Shown piece after piece: positions 63,377 through 64,000 of a DNA stretch of 64,000 bases. Location: NCBI GenBank assembly GCA_965205265.1, contig CBDBGH010000003.1:2784001-2848000 (forward strand). The letters run 5' to 3'. Under the pieces are notes generated by a model. It saw only the letters and a program-made list of their open reading frames with translations. It was not told where the DNA came from and ran no database searches. The DNA is from Alphaproteobacteria bacterium (GTDB taxonomy: Bacteria; Pseudomonadota; Alphaproteobacteria; Bin95). A program made the translations under genes and the position numbers. Every line of letters begins with the position of its first letter. The first letter of the stretch is position 1.

Positions 63377-63514
63377 GCGCACGCCTCCCCTGCCCTCGGA
63401 TGACGCATCATAGGCCCATCGCCCGCTTCGGGCCACGGTTTCGACAAGCCGATTGCGGCCCGTGCCGCTCTGTCCTAACCTCGCCTTCGGAGCGGAGAGG
63501 GGGTTCCCAGCGCG

Positions 63515-64000
63515 ATGTCCTTCCCGGCGATGCTCGAAGCGCTCGAGACCGGGCTCAAATGGGTGAACGACCATGTGATGGTGGGCCTCAAATGGCTCGC
63601 CATCGTCCTGCTCGCCCTCATGCTCATCATCGTCGATATCGCCGTGTTCATGCGCTACGTGATGAATGACGCGCTGGCCTGGTCGGAAGAGATCGCCAAG
63701 TTCGTCATGGTGTGGCTCACCTTCTTCGTGGCGCCCATCGGCCTGCGCATGGGCGCGCATGTCGGCATCGAGGTGCTGCTCGGCCAGCTGCGGGGCCGGG
63801 TCCGCCAGTTCCTCATCATGATGATCTTCGCCGGCATCATCGCGCTCATGATCGTGTTCATAAAGGAAGGGGCGTTCATGACCTGGAACGCCCGCATCCA
63901 GCGCGCCTCCACGATCGATATCTCGATCTTCTATGTCTATATCTGCATGCCGGTCGGCAGCTTCGCCGTCGCGATGGTGGCGCTGGAATACATGGTCAAC
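63515..64000 (+). CDS. dctQ: TRAP transporter small permease (runs off the window)
   Basis: Hand translation: VFMRYVMNDALAWSEEIAKFVMVWLTF..R.GAHVGIE..YICMPVG. Confidence 0.88.
   Translation, partial: MSFPAMLEALETGLKWVNDHVMVGLKWLAIVLLALMLIIVDIAVFMRYVMNDALAWSEEIAKFVMVWLTFFVAPIGLRMGAHVGIEVLLGQLRGRVRQFLIMMIFAGIIALMIVFIKEGAFMTWNARIQRASTIDISIFYVYICMPVGSFAVAMVALEYMVN

Noticed and set aside
63338-63760. 140-aa minus-strand ORF
   Set aside because: Antisense to dctQ; only its last 12 codons are the N-terminus of the selenoprotein

Overview
GC-rich alphaproteobacterial chromosome segment; the hemC-hemD-COG4223-hemY/tsaD-gpsA and argD-argF-hslO gene order fits a Rhodospirillales-like organism. The FN3 autotransporter and surface lipoproteins suggest a host-associated lifestyle (inference). 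Bases 1-20 kb are an accessory island: two tandem cyanovirin-N-like secreted proteins, an intact ISKra4-family IS, an IS66 remnant split by an intact IS21, a HipA-type toxin-antitoxin pair, an IS1380 remnant, two convergent zinc-metalloprotease lipoproteins, an FN3 autotransporter and several gene fragments. Bases 20-64 kb are mostly metabolic or housekeeping genes interspersed with REP palindromes. Features the ORF track misses: (1) two in-frame-UGA selenoprotein candidates, a BCP peroxiredoxin (29927-30373) and a UxxC glutaredoxin-DinB fusion (62624-63376) whose stop overlaps the apparent CTG start of a ChrA oxyanion exporter; (2) two copies of an unnamed composite element (promoter, conserved leader, variable cargo, 10-bp-phased CATGAC array) at 43.3-44.7 kb and 55.7-56.5 kb; (3) two copies of a ~363-bp MITE that both carries REPs and sits inside REPs; (4) an IS1634-family element flanked by a 170-bp target duplication. 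No rRNA, intact tRNA or CRISPR array was seen. All family assignments come from motif recognition by eye; no database search was run.
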